Shown here: positions 32,390-40,944 of the stretch, piece after piece
Layout: every line of letters starts with the position of its first letter
How positions within the stretch are numbered: the first letter of the stretch is position 1
From: Pseudomonadota bacterium
Lineage (GTDB): Bacteria > Desulfobacterota > Desulfarculia > Desulfarculales > Desulfarculaceae
Direction of reading: 5' to 3'
DNA length: 64,000 nt
NCBI GenBank assembly: GCA_018902755.1
Contig: JAHIQI010000066.1
Span: 17,417 to 81,416 of the forward strand
Position numbers and translations under genes: made by a program
Notes under the pieces: generated by a model
Told to the model about the DNA's origin: nothing
The model's input: only the letters and a program-made list of their open reading frames with translations
Database searches by the model: none

Positions 32390-33598
32390 ATGAATAAAAA
32401 AATTTTGGCGTCACTTTTTATAGTTTTGTTGGTCTGGTGCTGGGTTCCGGTCGCGATAGCAGAAAAAACTAATGAAAACTGGGTGGTAAAGCTTGCGGAC
32501 GGAACACGACTAACGAAAAATGGTTTTCGTCTTAAGATTTTGAAGCATCGCCTATGGTTAGAAACAAGGGCAGCGGACGGGGAGAGGCTAAATTTAGAAG
32601 GAGCGATTATTAAAGATGTTGACTTAAAAAACGTAAATCTATCAAAAGCAAAAATGAACAAAACAACTTTTGAATCCGTTTCACTTGAGGGAGTTCTTTT
32701 TAGCGGATCAGAATTAGGTTCTGCAGTATTTAGAAATTGTACCCTAATTGGAGCACGATTTTTAAATGCATCCCTACCAAATGTTACTATTTATAACTCT
32801 CAACTCAATAACACAAAATTTGATTATGTAGTCGCAACAAAAGTTTTTTTGCCTCTCTGCAATTTTTCCAACTCTCGCCTGTACCACACTAATTTGACTG
32901 GTGTTAACTGCGAAAATTCTAATTTTAAAGGCGCCATTTTAGATGATTGCAAACTAACAGCAGGCTATTTTAAAAATATAAACTTCTCCCGTGCTGTTTT
33001 TAGAGATATAGATTGTATGGATGCCAACTTTATTAACTGCGACTTCTTTGGTACCTACATAGGCATGTTACCAGGTAAAATACCTACCATTAAAATGCTT
33101 GCGACAGGGAAAAACATTGATTCCCTTTCTTATTCGTTAACCCCTCTTTCTTTAATCGAACTGCGCGATGCCGCCAAACGTGCTGGCACAAGGCCGCAGG
33201 AACGTAAACTTACGTACGCCATCAGACGTAATGAGAGAATCAGGTCATACGGGCCGCTTCGGAATGCAATCTCTTTCGTTATGTTTGAATCTCCCTGCGG
33301 CTGGGGCATGAATCCGTATCGCCCCTTGCTTATCATGTTTATTTCAATCCCGGCCTTTTTCTTTCCTTATCTGCTTGCCTTACTGGTAAGTAAAAAAGAC
33401 GGCATCTGGCAAACGTGGCCCGAAGATCGCGCCCGTAGCGACTTAGGCTCAAACGACCCCCAACGCTTAAAATTCACGCCGCGCAACTGGCGCGCCTACC
33501 TCTACGCCCTCTACTTCTCCGTCCTCTCGGCCTTCCACATCGGTTGGCGCGACCTCAACGTGGGCACTTGGATAACCCGCATGCAGCCCCGCGAGTAA
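32390..33598 (+). CDS. pentapeptide-repeat protein with signal peptide and C-terminal membrane domain (ends at in-frame TAA)
   Basis: Signal peptide MNKKILASLFIVLLVWCWVPVAIA. Long A(D/N)LxX-type pentapeptide tract (ANFINCDFFG, AILDDCKLTAGYFKNINFSRAVFRDIDCMDANF). TM helices near the C-terminus. ATG 32390 follows GGGGGGAG. The N-terminal ~740 nt are strikingly AT-rich. Confidence 0.8.
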   Translation: MNKKILASLFIVLLVWCWVPVAIAEKTNENWVVKLADGTRLTKNGFRLKILKHRLWLETRAADGERLNLEGAIIKDVDLKNVNLSKAKMNKTTFESVSLEGVLFSGSELGSAVFRNCTLIGARFLNASLPNVTIYNSQLNNTKFDYVVATKVFLPLCNFSNSRLYHTNLTGVNCENSNFKGAILDDCKLTAGYFKNINFSRAVFRDIDCMDANFINCDFFGTYIGMLPGKIPTIKMLATGKNIDSLSYSLTPLSLIELRDAAKRAGTRPQERKLTYAIRRNERIRSYGPLRNAISFVMFESPCGWGMNPYRPLLIMFISIPAFFFPYLLALLVSKKDGIWQTWPEDRARSDLGSNDPQRLKFTPRNWRAYLYALYFSVLSAFHIGWRDLNVGTWITRMQPRE

Positions 33599-33945
33599 AC
33601 CCTGCGAGCCACCGGCTGGGTGCGCACCGTCTCGGGCATCCAATCTCTTATAAGCGTCTACCTGCTGGCCCTGGCCATCCTCACCTACTTCGGCAGGCCG
33701 TTTGGATAGGCGGCGAACCTTCTCGTCACCCCCCAGTGGCACGATGCCCGCCTCTATAGTATAGTTGCTTTGCTTGACAAGAGGCCGCCCGGCGTCACCC
33801 GGCGGCGGCCAATTTTTTCTCAAAAATTCTCTTGACAAGCGCCCCTCCTCTACTTCACACTCTCAGTTTACGTGAAGGTAGCCCTTCCCCCCTGCGGGGA
33901 GGGGTGTGCTTTTATTGTTTTCATACTGTTTTGCTTGGTGAAACG

Positions 33946-35022
33946 ATGTCCAGTTCCGCTAAAAACGCCCACGAGGCACTGGCCCAACACCTGGATCGCT
34001 CCCCCTTGGGCGCGCCCCAGGGGCCCGAGCTCATGGCGATTTTGCGCGAACTGTTCACCGGCGAGGAAGCGGCGGTGGCCTCGGTCCTGCCCTTCAAGCC
34101 GGTTCGGGCCAAGGCCCTGGCCGAGACCCTGGAGCGCCCGGCCGATGAGATCGCCCCGGTGCTGGAGTCCCTGGCCGCCAAGGGCCTGGCCTATCGCCGC
34201 AGCACCAAGGCGGGCGACTACTACAGCCTGCTGCAGATGGTGCCGGGCATGGCAGAGGCCCAGTTCTGGGCCATGGCCCCGGGCGAGGCCAAGCTCAGGA
34301 TGGCCCAGCTGTTCGAGGACTACTACGAGCCCGGCGTGGGCAAGGCCTTTGCCGAAGCCCCCACGCCCTACTCCCGGGTCATCCCGGTGGGCCGGTCCAT
34401 TGAAAACAGCCAGGAGATTCTGCCCTACGACAAGGCGGAGGAGCTTATCCACCAGCACGAGCACCTGGCCCTGATCAATTGCTACTGCCGCGAGCAGGCC
34501 CACCTGCTGGGCAAGGGCTGCGACGCCCCCCTGGACGTGTGCATGATCTTCGGCTCCTTTGCCGAGTTCGCGGTGGACCAGGGCTGGGCCAAGCCCATGG
34601 ACGAGGCGGGCATGCTCCTGGCCCTAAGGCGCGCCGAGGATGCCGGTCTGGTGCACGTGGTGGACAACGTAGCGGAAAACGTGAACTTTTTGTGCAACTG
34701 CTGCGGGTGCTGTTGCATGTTCCTACAGACCATCACCCGCATGAACCACCTCGGGGCGGTGAGCCAGGCGGCTTACTTCGCCTCGGTGGACCCGGAGCTG
34801 TGCACCGCCTGCGGCGAGTGCGCCGACACCTGCCAGGTGGCGGCGGTCCGGGTGGATGACGACTGCGCCGTTTTTGACCAGGAGCTTTGTTTAGGCTGCG
34901 GCCAATGCGCCACGGTCTGCCCCAGCGAGGCGATAAGGATGATCCGCCGAGAGGCCCGGCCGGTGCCGGCCCACCAAGGCGAACTTCAGGCCAGATTGGC
35001 CGACGCCCGCGGGGTGAAATAG
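33946..35022 (+). CDS. 4Fe-4S dicluster domain protein (ferredoxin-type, Cys-rich)
   Basis: CTACGECADTC and CLGCGQCATVCP ferredoxin motifs, plus NCYCREQAH and CNCCGCCC clusters. Start set at ATG 33946. Confidence 0.75.
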   Translation: MSSSAKNAHEALAQHLDRSPLGAPQGPELMAILRELFTGEEAAVASVLPFKPVRAKALAETLERPADEIAPVLESLAAKGLAYRRSTKAGDYYSLLQMVPGMAEAQFWAMAPGEAKLRMAQLFEDYYEPGVGKAFAEAPTPYSRVIPVGRSIENSQEILPYDKAEELIHQHEHLALINCYCREQAHLLGKGCDAPLDVCMIFGSFAEFAVDQGWAKPMDEAGMLLALRRAEDAGLVHVVDNVAENVNFLCNCCGCCCMFLQTITRMNHLGAVSQAAYFASVDPELCTACGECADTCQVAAVRVDDDCAVFDQELCLGCGQCATVCPSEAIRMIRREARPVPAHQGELQARLADARGVK

Positions 35023-35195
35023 TTTGTCGGGAGCTGGAGTTGACTTCCACTCCCCAGTGCTTAATTTAACCTTTAGATGCCTGCGTCCCGAGCAAGAGTC
35101 TCGTTCGCGGCAAGCCTGAGCAGACTTTAAACCCGCAGCGCCGGTAGCCAGGAGCGCTGGACCGTGCGGGTACCTGTAAGGAAGAGGTAATTACC

Positions 35196-36278
35196 ATGGC
35201 CGACAGCCGTAATTTCAAGGGTTCGGACTTCAGCCTGGACACGCCCGTCACCTACTTCAAAGAGGTGGAGGGGCGCGATCTGCTGACTCCCGAGCGGGAG
35301 CTGGCGCTGGGCAAGACCATCCAAGACGGCCGCGACGAAATTTTGATGAAAGCCTTGTCGATCATCAAGAGCGACAAGGACGCCTGCGACAACTGCGTGC
35401 GCATCGAGGCCTGGCTGGAAGACAGCCACAAGTCTCCCCTTTCGGTGGAAGACGTGATGGCCGAGACCTTCGAACTGCTCAAGCGCGCCGCAGCCAAGCG
35501 CAAGCCCTCCAAGAAGCTTAGCAAGACCTTGGAGGAGATCGACAGCGCCCGCTTGCAGGTCGAGGTCGCGGTGCAGGAGATGGTGGAAGCCAACCTGCGC
35601 CTGGCCGTGTCCATAGCCAAGAAGTACACCTTCCGGGGCCTGAGCTTCGCCGACCTGATCCAGGAAGGCAACATCGGCCTGATGAAGGCGGTGAACCGCT
35701 ACGACTACAAGACCGGTTACCGCTTCAGCACCTTTGCCTCTTGGTGGATTCGCCAGACCATCAGCCGGGCCATCTACGACCAGGCCCGCACCATCCGCAT
35801 CCCCATCCACCTCCTGGAGCTCCGCTCCAAGTACTTTAGGGTGTACTACGGTCTGCTCAAAGAGCTGGGACGCGAGCCCCTGCCCAAGGAAGTGGCCGAA
35901 AAGGTGGGCATCGACGAGAGCAAGGTCAAGGAGATCGTCAACCTGACCCTGGACTCCACCAGCCTGGAGACCCCGGTGGGCGAGGACGGCGACGAGCTGG
36001 GCGACTTCATCGAGAACAAGGAGGCCGAGTGCCCCTTTGAGAAGGTGGGCGAAGGCGAGATGATGGTCCACCTGGGCGAGGCCCTGGAGTCCCTGGACGC
36101 CCGCGAAAAGCGCATCCTGCAGATGCGTTTCGGCCTGGGCGACGAGGACGAGCACACCCTGGAGCAGGTGGGTCAGGTCTTCGGCCTTTCCCGCGAGCGG
36201 GTGCGCCAGATCGAGAAGAAGGCCCTGCAGCGCCTCAGGCATCCCCAATGGCGGGCGGTGCTGGAGGACCACGTCTAG
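35196..36278 (+). CDS. RNA polymerase sigma factor, sigma-70 family (group 1/2-like, no region 1.1), 360 aa
   Basis: Region 2 (IQEGNIGLMKAVNRYDYKTGYRFSTFASWWIRQTISRAI), region 3 and region 4.2 (TLEQVGQVFGLSRERVRQIEKKALQRLR). Confidence 0.9.
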   Translation: MADSRNFKGSDFSLDTPVTYFKEVEGRDLLTPERELALGKTIQDGRDEILMKALSIIKSDKDACDNCVRIEAWLEDSHKSPLSVEDVMAETFELLKRAAAKRKPSKKLSKTLEEIDSARLQVEVAVQEMVEANLRLAVSIAKKYTFRGLSFADLIQEGNIGLMKAVNRYDYKTGYRFSTFASWWIRQTISRAIYDQARTIRIPIHLLELRSKYFRVYYGLLKELGREPLPKEVAEKVGIDESKVKEIVNLTLDSTSLETPVGEDGDELGDFIENKEAECPFEKVGEGEMMVHLGEALESLDAREKRILQMRFGLGDEDEHTLEQVGQVFGLSRERVRQIEKKALQRLRHPQWRAVLEDHV

Positions 36279-36323
36279 CAAGCGCTTCGTCAGCCGCCGG
36301 GATGGCGGAACCGTAAAATAAAC

Positions 36324-36360
36324 CAGGGCGTCCGGAGCAATCCGGACGCCCTGTTCTTTT
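36324..36360 (+). terminator. intrinsic terminator after sigma factor gene
   Basis: Perfect 13-bp stem CAGGGCGTCCGGA/TCCGGACGCCCTG, GCAA loop, then TTCTTTT. Confidence 0.85.
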
Positions 36361-36371
36361 GCTCTGGGGAA

Positions 36372-36416
36372 CTGTTGGGTTTCGGGCTTCGCCCTCTACG
36401 CCAACCTACGCTGTTG
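36372..36416 (+). repeat. family-A repeat, variant copy A4
   Basis: CTGTTGGGTTTCGGGCTTCGCCCTCTACGCCAACCTACGCTGTTG; long-loop subtype. Confidence 0.8.
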
Positions 36417-36444
36417 TTGAAACCCAGCAGCAACCGCCCCCTCT

Positions 36445-36686
36445 CAGCGGCACAGCCAGGTGGTGCTAGGCAAGGCGGCAGGCGAACGAGGGACGCATCT
36501 TTGCGGCGCAGCCAGGTGGTGCTAAGACAGCGGCCCTATGTCGCTGCAACGATCCCCCTCCCAGCGGGTTCGCCAGATGTCTGTGGGCAAGGCGTCCGGT
36601 GAGGGAAAGGCGCAGCTGTAGCCAAGCCTACAGCGAGCCTTGAGCGATGCCGGCAACACAGCCCACGGGCAGCTGGCGAGGCCGCG
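36445..36686 (+). repeat. family-B modules, copy B4 (about two partial units)
   Basis: CAGCGGCACAGCCAGGTGGTGCTAGGCAAGGCGGCAGGCGAACGAGGGACGCA..., then a second unit ending GGCAAGGCGTCCGGTGAGGG...[GCTGTAG/CTACAGC hairpin]...GAGCGATGCCGGCAACACAGCC. Abuts the stop of the next gene. Confidence 0.7.
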
Positions 36687-37178
36687 TCAATAACTACAGG
36701 TCAGCTCCACCTGCGCCTTCTCCGGGAAGGGAGCATCCTGGGCCCGCATGAACAGGCTGAAGGTGGTGTCGCCGAAGAAGGAGGTGGGCAGGGTCATCTC
36801 CAGGGGTTCTCCGCTTTTCTTGCCCGAAAAAACCACCTGGCCGCCCTCGCTAGTGCTCACCTTGCCGCTGTAGGTGTTGTAGGGGTCCTTCACCCTGGCC
36901 ACGCAGTTGAGGGTGTAGCCCATGCAGTACTCGTTCACCGAGTCGCTGCCCTGGCCCGCCTTCATGGGCAGGACGAAGCGCACCGTCTTGGTGGAGCCCA
37001 GGGGCTGGCTGGGCGGTTTGGTCGCGTCGCGCCCGGCCGCCTGGTGCTTGGCCTTTATGTCCGCGGCCATCTCTTTCATGGCCTGGTGCAGGTCCTTGCC
37101 TTGGGCCGGGGCCGCGGCGGCCAGGCCCAGCGCCAAAATCGCGAGGATTAGGATTTTGCCGGTGCGCGCGCTTATCAT
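36687..37178 (-). CDS. secreted hypothetical protein, 163 aa
   Basis: Signal peptide (KILILAILALGLAAAAPAQG); beta-rich mature part; no family recognised. Confidence 0.55.
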   Translation of the reverse strand: MISARTGKILILAILALGLAAAAPAQGKDLHQAMKEMAADIKAKHQAAGRDATKPPSQPLGSTKTVRFVLPMKAGQGSDSVNEYCMGYTLNCVARVKDPYNTYSGKVSTSEGGQVVFSGKKSGEPLEMTLPTSFFGDTTFSLFMRAQDAPFPEKAQVELTCSY

Positions 37179-37353
37179 GACCGCTGTCTTCCCTTTGGGT
37201 TGTGTTTAGGGCCGCCCCCTCTGGATATGCTGACAAATCCCGCGCCTTTTGACAACGCCCAAGCGCGAGGCGGAGCATAGGCCTGAACGCTTTACTATGC
37301 CCCCATGGTTCAGTATGCTTGAGCCCACTTACTTCGTATGCAGGAAATGCGGC

Positions 37354-39681
37354 ATGACTCTTCGCACGGTGAACAACATCCTGGAGCTGGTGGGCGGCAC
37401 CCCCCTGGTGCGCATAAACCGGCTCAACCAAAACCCCGGCGTGACAGTGTACGCCAAGCTGGAGTTCATGAACCCCGGCGGCTCGGTGAAGGACCGCCCG
37501 GCGCTGAACATGATCGAGCAGGCCGAGAAGCGCGGCGAGCTGACCAAGGGCAAGATCCTGTTGGAGGCCACCAGCGGCAACACCGGCATCGGACTGGCCA
37601 TGGCCTGCGCGGTCAAGGGCTACAAGATGCTCTTCACCATGTCCGAGTCCGCCTCCCAGGAGCGCCGCAAGATCCTTCGGGCCTACGGGGCCGACATCCT
37701 GCTCACCCCGGCCCACATGTCCACCGACGGGGCCATCGAGGAGGCCTACCGCCTGGCCCGCGAGGAGCCGGAGCGCTATTTCCTGGTGGACCAGTTCAAC
37801 AACGAGGACAACTGGATGGCCCACGCCCTGGAGGGCTCCACGGCCGACGAGATATATGAGGCCACCGAGGGCAAGGTGAACCTGGTGGTGGCCACCCTGG
37901 GCACCTCGGGCACGGTCATGGGCCTCACGCGGCGCCTGCACCAACTGGACCCCAAGGTCAAGGTGGTGGCGGTGGAGCCCTATCAGGGGCACAAGATCCA
38001 GGGGCTCAAGAACATGAAGGAATCCTACGCGCCGGGCATCTTCAGCCCCGGCGAGGTGGACATCCTGGCCAACGTGGACGATGACAGCGCCTACGAGATC
38101 GCCCGCCGCCTGGCCCGCGAGGAGGGCATCTTCGTGGGCATGAGCGCCGGGGCGGCCATGAAGGTGGCCCTGGACCAGGCGGCCACCCTGCCCGAGGGCT
38201 CGGTGGTGGTGGCGCTCATGGCCGACGGCGGCGAGCGCTACCTGTCCACCTCCCTGTTCAGCAGCGAAAAGGTGCCGGTGCCGCTGAGGTTCTACAACAC
38301 CCTCAGCCGCGAGGTTGAGGACCTCACCCCGGTGCGCCCCGGCCAGGTGGGCATCTACGCCTGCGGCCCCTCGCTGGACGGAGCGCCGGACCTGGGCCTG
38401 TGCCGCCGCATGGTCTTCGCCGACCTGGTGCGCCGCTACCTGGAGTTCCGGGGCTTCGAGGTCAAGCTGATCATCAACATCGCCGACGTGGACGACCGCA
38501 CGGTGAACCAGTGCCTGGCCGAGGGGGCCGACTGGAAGCAGTTCACCGCCCGCTGGGAAAAGGTGTTCTTCGAGGACATGGCCACGCTCAACGTGCTGCC
38601 CGCCCTGGACTACCCCAAGGCCAGCGAGCACATCAACCAGATGGTGGACTCGGCCCGGGAGCTGTTGGCCAAGGACATGGCCTACGTCAAGCTCAGGAGC
38701 GTGTACTTCAACATCAGCCACTTCCCGGACTACGGCAAGCTCTCGGGCGTGGACCTGAACGCCACCCAGAGCGACAAGCACACCGACTACGACTATTACG
38801 AGAAGGAGAACCCCAGGGACTTCACCATCTTCAAGCGGGCCACCCTGGCCGACCTGAAGGCGGGCATCTACTGGTCCACCCCCTGGGGCAACGTGCGCCC
38901 CGGCTGGCACGTGGAATGCGCCACCATGTCCACCGAGCACCTGGGCCAGCCCTTTGACCTGCACCTGGCCTCCACCGACCTCGTCTTCCCCCACGGAGAG
39001 AACGAGATCGCCGTGGCCCAATGCCTCAGCGGCAAGCCCCTGGCCAACATGTGGCTGCACTCGGACGTGGTTATGGTGGACGGCAAGAAGGCCAGCCGGG
39101 TGGCGGGCAACGACGTGACCCTTCGGGAGATCCTGGGCCAGGGCTACTCCCCGGCCACGGTGCGCTACTGGCTCCTCGGCCAGCACTACCGGCGGCCCAT
39201 CACCTTCGAGCGCGAGCAGCTGGACCAGGCGGCCAAGACCGTGGAGCGCCTGAACGACTTCGTGGAGCGCCTGCGCTTTATGAGCCCCGGCGAGCCCTCA
39301 CCGGACCTGGACCAAATCCTCTACGAGGCCAAAAGCGGCATCCAGGAGGCCATGGACAACGACCTGGGCGTGCCCAAGGCCATGGGCCAGCTCTTCGCCA
39401 TGGTGCGCCGCATCAACCGCCTGATGAACCAGGGGCAGATGGACGCCGCCCAGGTGGAGCAGGTGCTGGCTTTCGTGGAGCGCACCAACCGGGTGCTGGG
39501 GGTGATCGACCTGGAGCCCGGCGAGAGCGACGCGAATATCGAGGCCCTGGTCAAAAAGCGCGACGCCGCCCGCGCCGGGGGCGACTTCGCCTTGGCCGAC
39601 CGGCTGCGCGAGGAGCTGGCCGCCAAGGGCGTGCAGCTCATCGACACCCCTTCCGGCACCCGCTGGAACAAGGTTTCTTAA
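37354..39681 (+). CDS. fusion protein: PLP-dependent cysteine synthase (CysK/CysM-type) :: cysteinyl-tRNA synthetase homologue with degenerate HIGH/KMSKS
   Basis: One open frame. N-terminal half has EFMNPGGSVKDR, ATSGNTGIGLA and GMSAGAA. From about 38281 onward it reads LRFYNTLSREVEDL...GIYACGP...WHVECA...DLVFPHGENEIAVAQ...VRYWLLGQHYRRP...GDFALADRLREELAAKGVQLIDTPSGTRW. Start set at ATG 37354 (RBS AGGAAA); the track ORF begins at 37249. Confidence 0.85.
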   Translation: MTLRTVNNILELVGGTPLVRINRLNQNPGVTVYAKLEFMNPGGSVKDRPALNMIEQAEKRGELTKGKILLEATSGNTGIGLAMACAVKGYKMLFTMSESASQERRKILRAYGADILLTPAHMSTDGAIEEAYRLAREEPERYFLVDQFNNEDNWMAHALEGSTADEIYEATEGKVNLVVATLGTSGTVMGLTRRLHQLDPKVKVVAVEPYQGHKIQGLKNMKESYAPGIFSPGEVDILANVDDDSAYEIARRLAREEGIFVGMSAGAAMKVALDQAATLPEGSVVVALMADGGERYLSTSLFSSEKVPVPLRFYNTLSREVEDLTPVRPGQVGIYACGPSLDGAPDLGLCRRMVFADLVRRYLEFRGFEVKLIINIADVDDRTVNQCLAEGADWKQFTARWEKVFFEDMATLNVLPALDYPKASEHINQMVDSARELLAKDMAYVKLRSVYFNISHFPDYGKLSGVDLNATQSDKHTDYDYYEKENPRDFTIFKRATLADLKAGIYWSTPWGNVRPGWHVECATMSTEHLGQPFDLHLASTDLVFPHGENEIAVAQCLSGKPLANMWLHSDVVMVDGKKASRVAGNDVTLREILGQGYSPATVRYWLLGQHYRRPITFEREQLDQAAKTVERLNDFVERLRFMSPGEPSPDLDQILYEAKSGIQEAMDNDLGVPKAMGQLFAMVRRINRLMNQGQMDAAQVEQVLAFVERTNRVLGVIDLEPGESDANIEALVKKRDAARAGGDFALADRLREELAAKGVQLIDTPSGTRWNKVS

Positions 39682-39865
39682 GCGGCCTACTGACGCGGCC
39701 TGCAAGGCTCGCTTCAGCCAGTTTCGGCCTCTACGTATTGCTTAATACGCCTCGGCCACCCCAGGGCTCCAGCTTCGTTTTTCGGCGACGCAGCAGAAAC
39801 CCCAACGTTCGTGGTTGGGCGTAATTCGCCGACGCGAGGCCACTTCGTTCCTGGCTAATATCAGC
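39682..39865 (-). repeat. family-B-related module, copy B5 (inverted, degenerate)
   Basis: Reverse complement shows GCCAGGAACGAAGTGGCCTCGCGTCGGCGAA... and the hairpin GGCGTATT-AAGC-AATACGT. Weaker match than the other copies. Confidence 0.45.
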
Positions 39866-39904
39866 CATCGCGTAGGTTGGGTAGAGCGAAGCGAAACCCA
39901 ACAA
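39866..39904 (-). repeat. family-A repeat, copy A5 (inverted)
   Basis: CATCGCGTAGGTTGGGTAGAGCGAAGCGAAACCCAACAA. Confidence 0.9.
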
Positions 39905-40022
39905 ATCCTTTCTCTCCCGCCCGCCGCCTAAAATCGTGCGCCCGAAACCCTTGCCCGTGCCGCCCGGCGGGTGCACTATATATATCCGTAACCCTGCCCC
40001 CCCAAGCCGACCAGGAGAAGTC

Positions 40023-40415
40023 ATGGCCATAAAGCGCGACAAGCATGCCTGGCTGCGGGCCGTGGAAAGCCTGCCCGCCTATCCCGTGGTGCTCATGCCG
40101 CTCAGCGAGGGCGGCTGGGAGGCGGTGTTCCCCAACCTGGCCCGGGTTCGCGCCTGGGGCCCGGACAAGGACACCTGCCGGGCCAACGCCGCCGAGGCGC
40201 TGACCTTCGAGCTGGGCCAGCTCATCGTGGCGGGCGACGCCGCGCCGAGCCCCTCGGACCCGGCGCGGCTCATCCCCGACGACGAGGAGCCTCGCGGCAC
40301 CGAGCTGGTCATGCTGGACCCTCTGCGCTCGGTGCTCAAGAAGCGCCTGGGCCTGGAGAAGCGCGAAAAGGGCGGGGCCATGGCCGCCACCCTGGGCAGG
40401 CTGGGACGCAACTGA
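40023..40415 (+). CDS. HicB-like (UPF0150/antitoxin-fold) protein, no adjacent HicA
   Basis: YPVVLMPLSEGGWEAVFPNLARVRAWGPDKDTCRANAAEALTFELGQLIVAGDAAPSPS follows the HicB N-domain pattern. Strong RBS AGGAGAAG before ATG 40023. Confidence 0.5.
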   Translation: MAIKRDKHAWLRAVESLPAYPVVLMPLSEGGWEAVFPNLARVRAWGPDKDTCRANAAEALTFELGQLIVAGDAAPSPSDPARLIPDDEEPRGTELVMLDPLRSVLKKRLGLEKREKGGAMAATLGRLGRN

Positions 40416-40474
40416 CGACTGGTCCGCGCCATATTCAACCGAGATTTATTAGCTGCCGCATCCAGGAGGAAAAC

Positions 40475-40846
40475 ATGAAATTCATCAAGCTGATGGCCTT
40501 GGCGCTTCTGACGGGTTCGGTCCTGTTGGTCACCGCCCCGGCCCACGCCTTTGCCATCTACAACGAGTCGGACCAAGAGGTCTGCATCAGCAAGTGGTAC
40601 AGCGTGGTCAACTGCTACGCCAAGATCGCCCCCCACAGCAAGTTCAGCGGCGAAAAGGGCGCGGGCCTAAAAAACGTGTGGGCCGGCAGAAGCGGCAAGG
40701 ACACGTGCTATTGCAGCAGCAAATTCAGCATCCCCGAGGCCGGCTCGGCCAAGGTCCACGGCCGGGTGATCAAGATTTACGACCGCCACGAAAAGCAGGT
40801 GGGCGAGGTTTCCATCGACCAGGTGGGTTGCGCGGATCTCAAGTAG
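40475..40846 (+). CDS. small secreted Cys-containing protein, hypothetical
   Basis: Signal peptide MKFIKLMALALLTGSVLLVTAPAHA; 6 Cys in the mature part; RBS GGAGGA. Confidence 0.6.
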   Translation: MKFIKLMALALLTGSVLLVTAPAHAFAIYNESDQEVCISKWYSVVNCYAKIAPHSKFSGEKGAGLKNVWAGRSGKDTCYCSSKFSIPEAGSAKVHGRVIKIYDRHEKQVGEVSIDQVGCADLK

Positions 40847-40887
40847 GGCGGGGCCAAACAGCCCGGCCCACCCACGCGGTGTTTACG

Positions 40888-40912
40888 GCCCCGGCGGCAT
40901 TGCCGCCGGGGC
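40888..40912 (+). terminator. possible terminator hairpin
   Basis: GCCCCGGCGGCA/TGCCGCCGGGGC palindrome after the stop, but the T-tract is poor. Confidence 0.35.
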
Positions 40913-40944
40913 TTACCTGTCATGAGCCTCGCGGCATAGCGGAG

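Noticed and set aside
35064-35076. The 12-mer TTTAACCTTTAG is shared between the sigma-factor upstream region (35064) and the gyrA start region (52463).
   Set aside because: Only two copies, in opposite orientation relative to the adjacent genes. At gyrA it simply overlaps the RBS (AAAGG on the minus strand). Probably coincidence.
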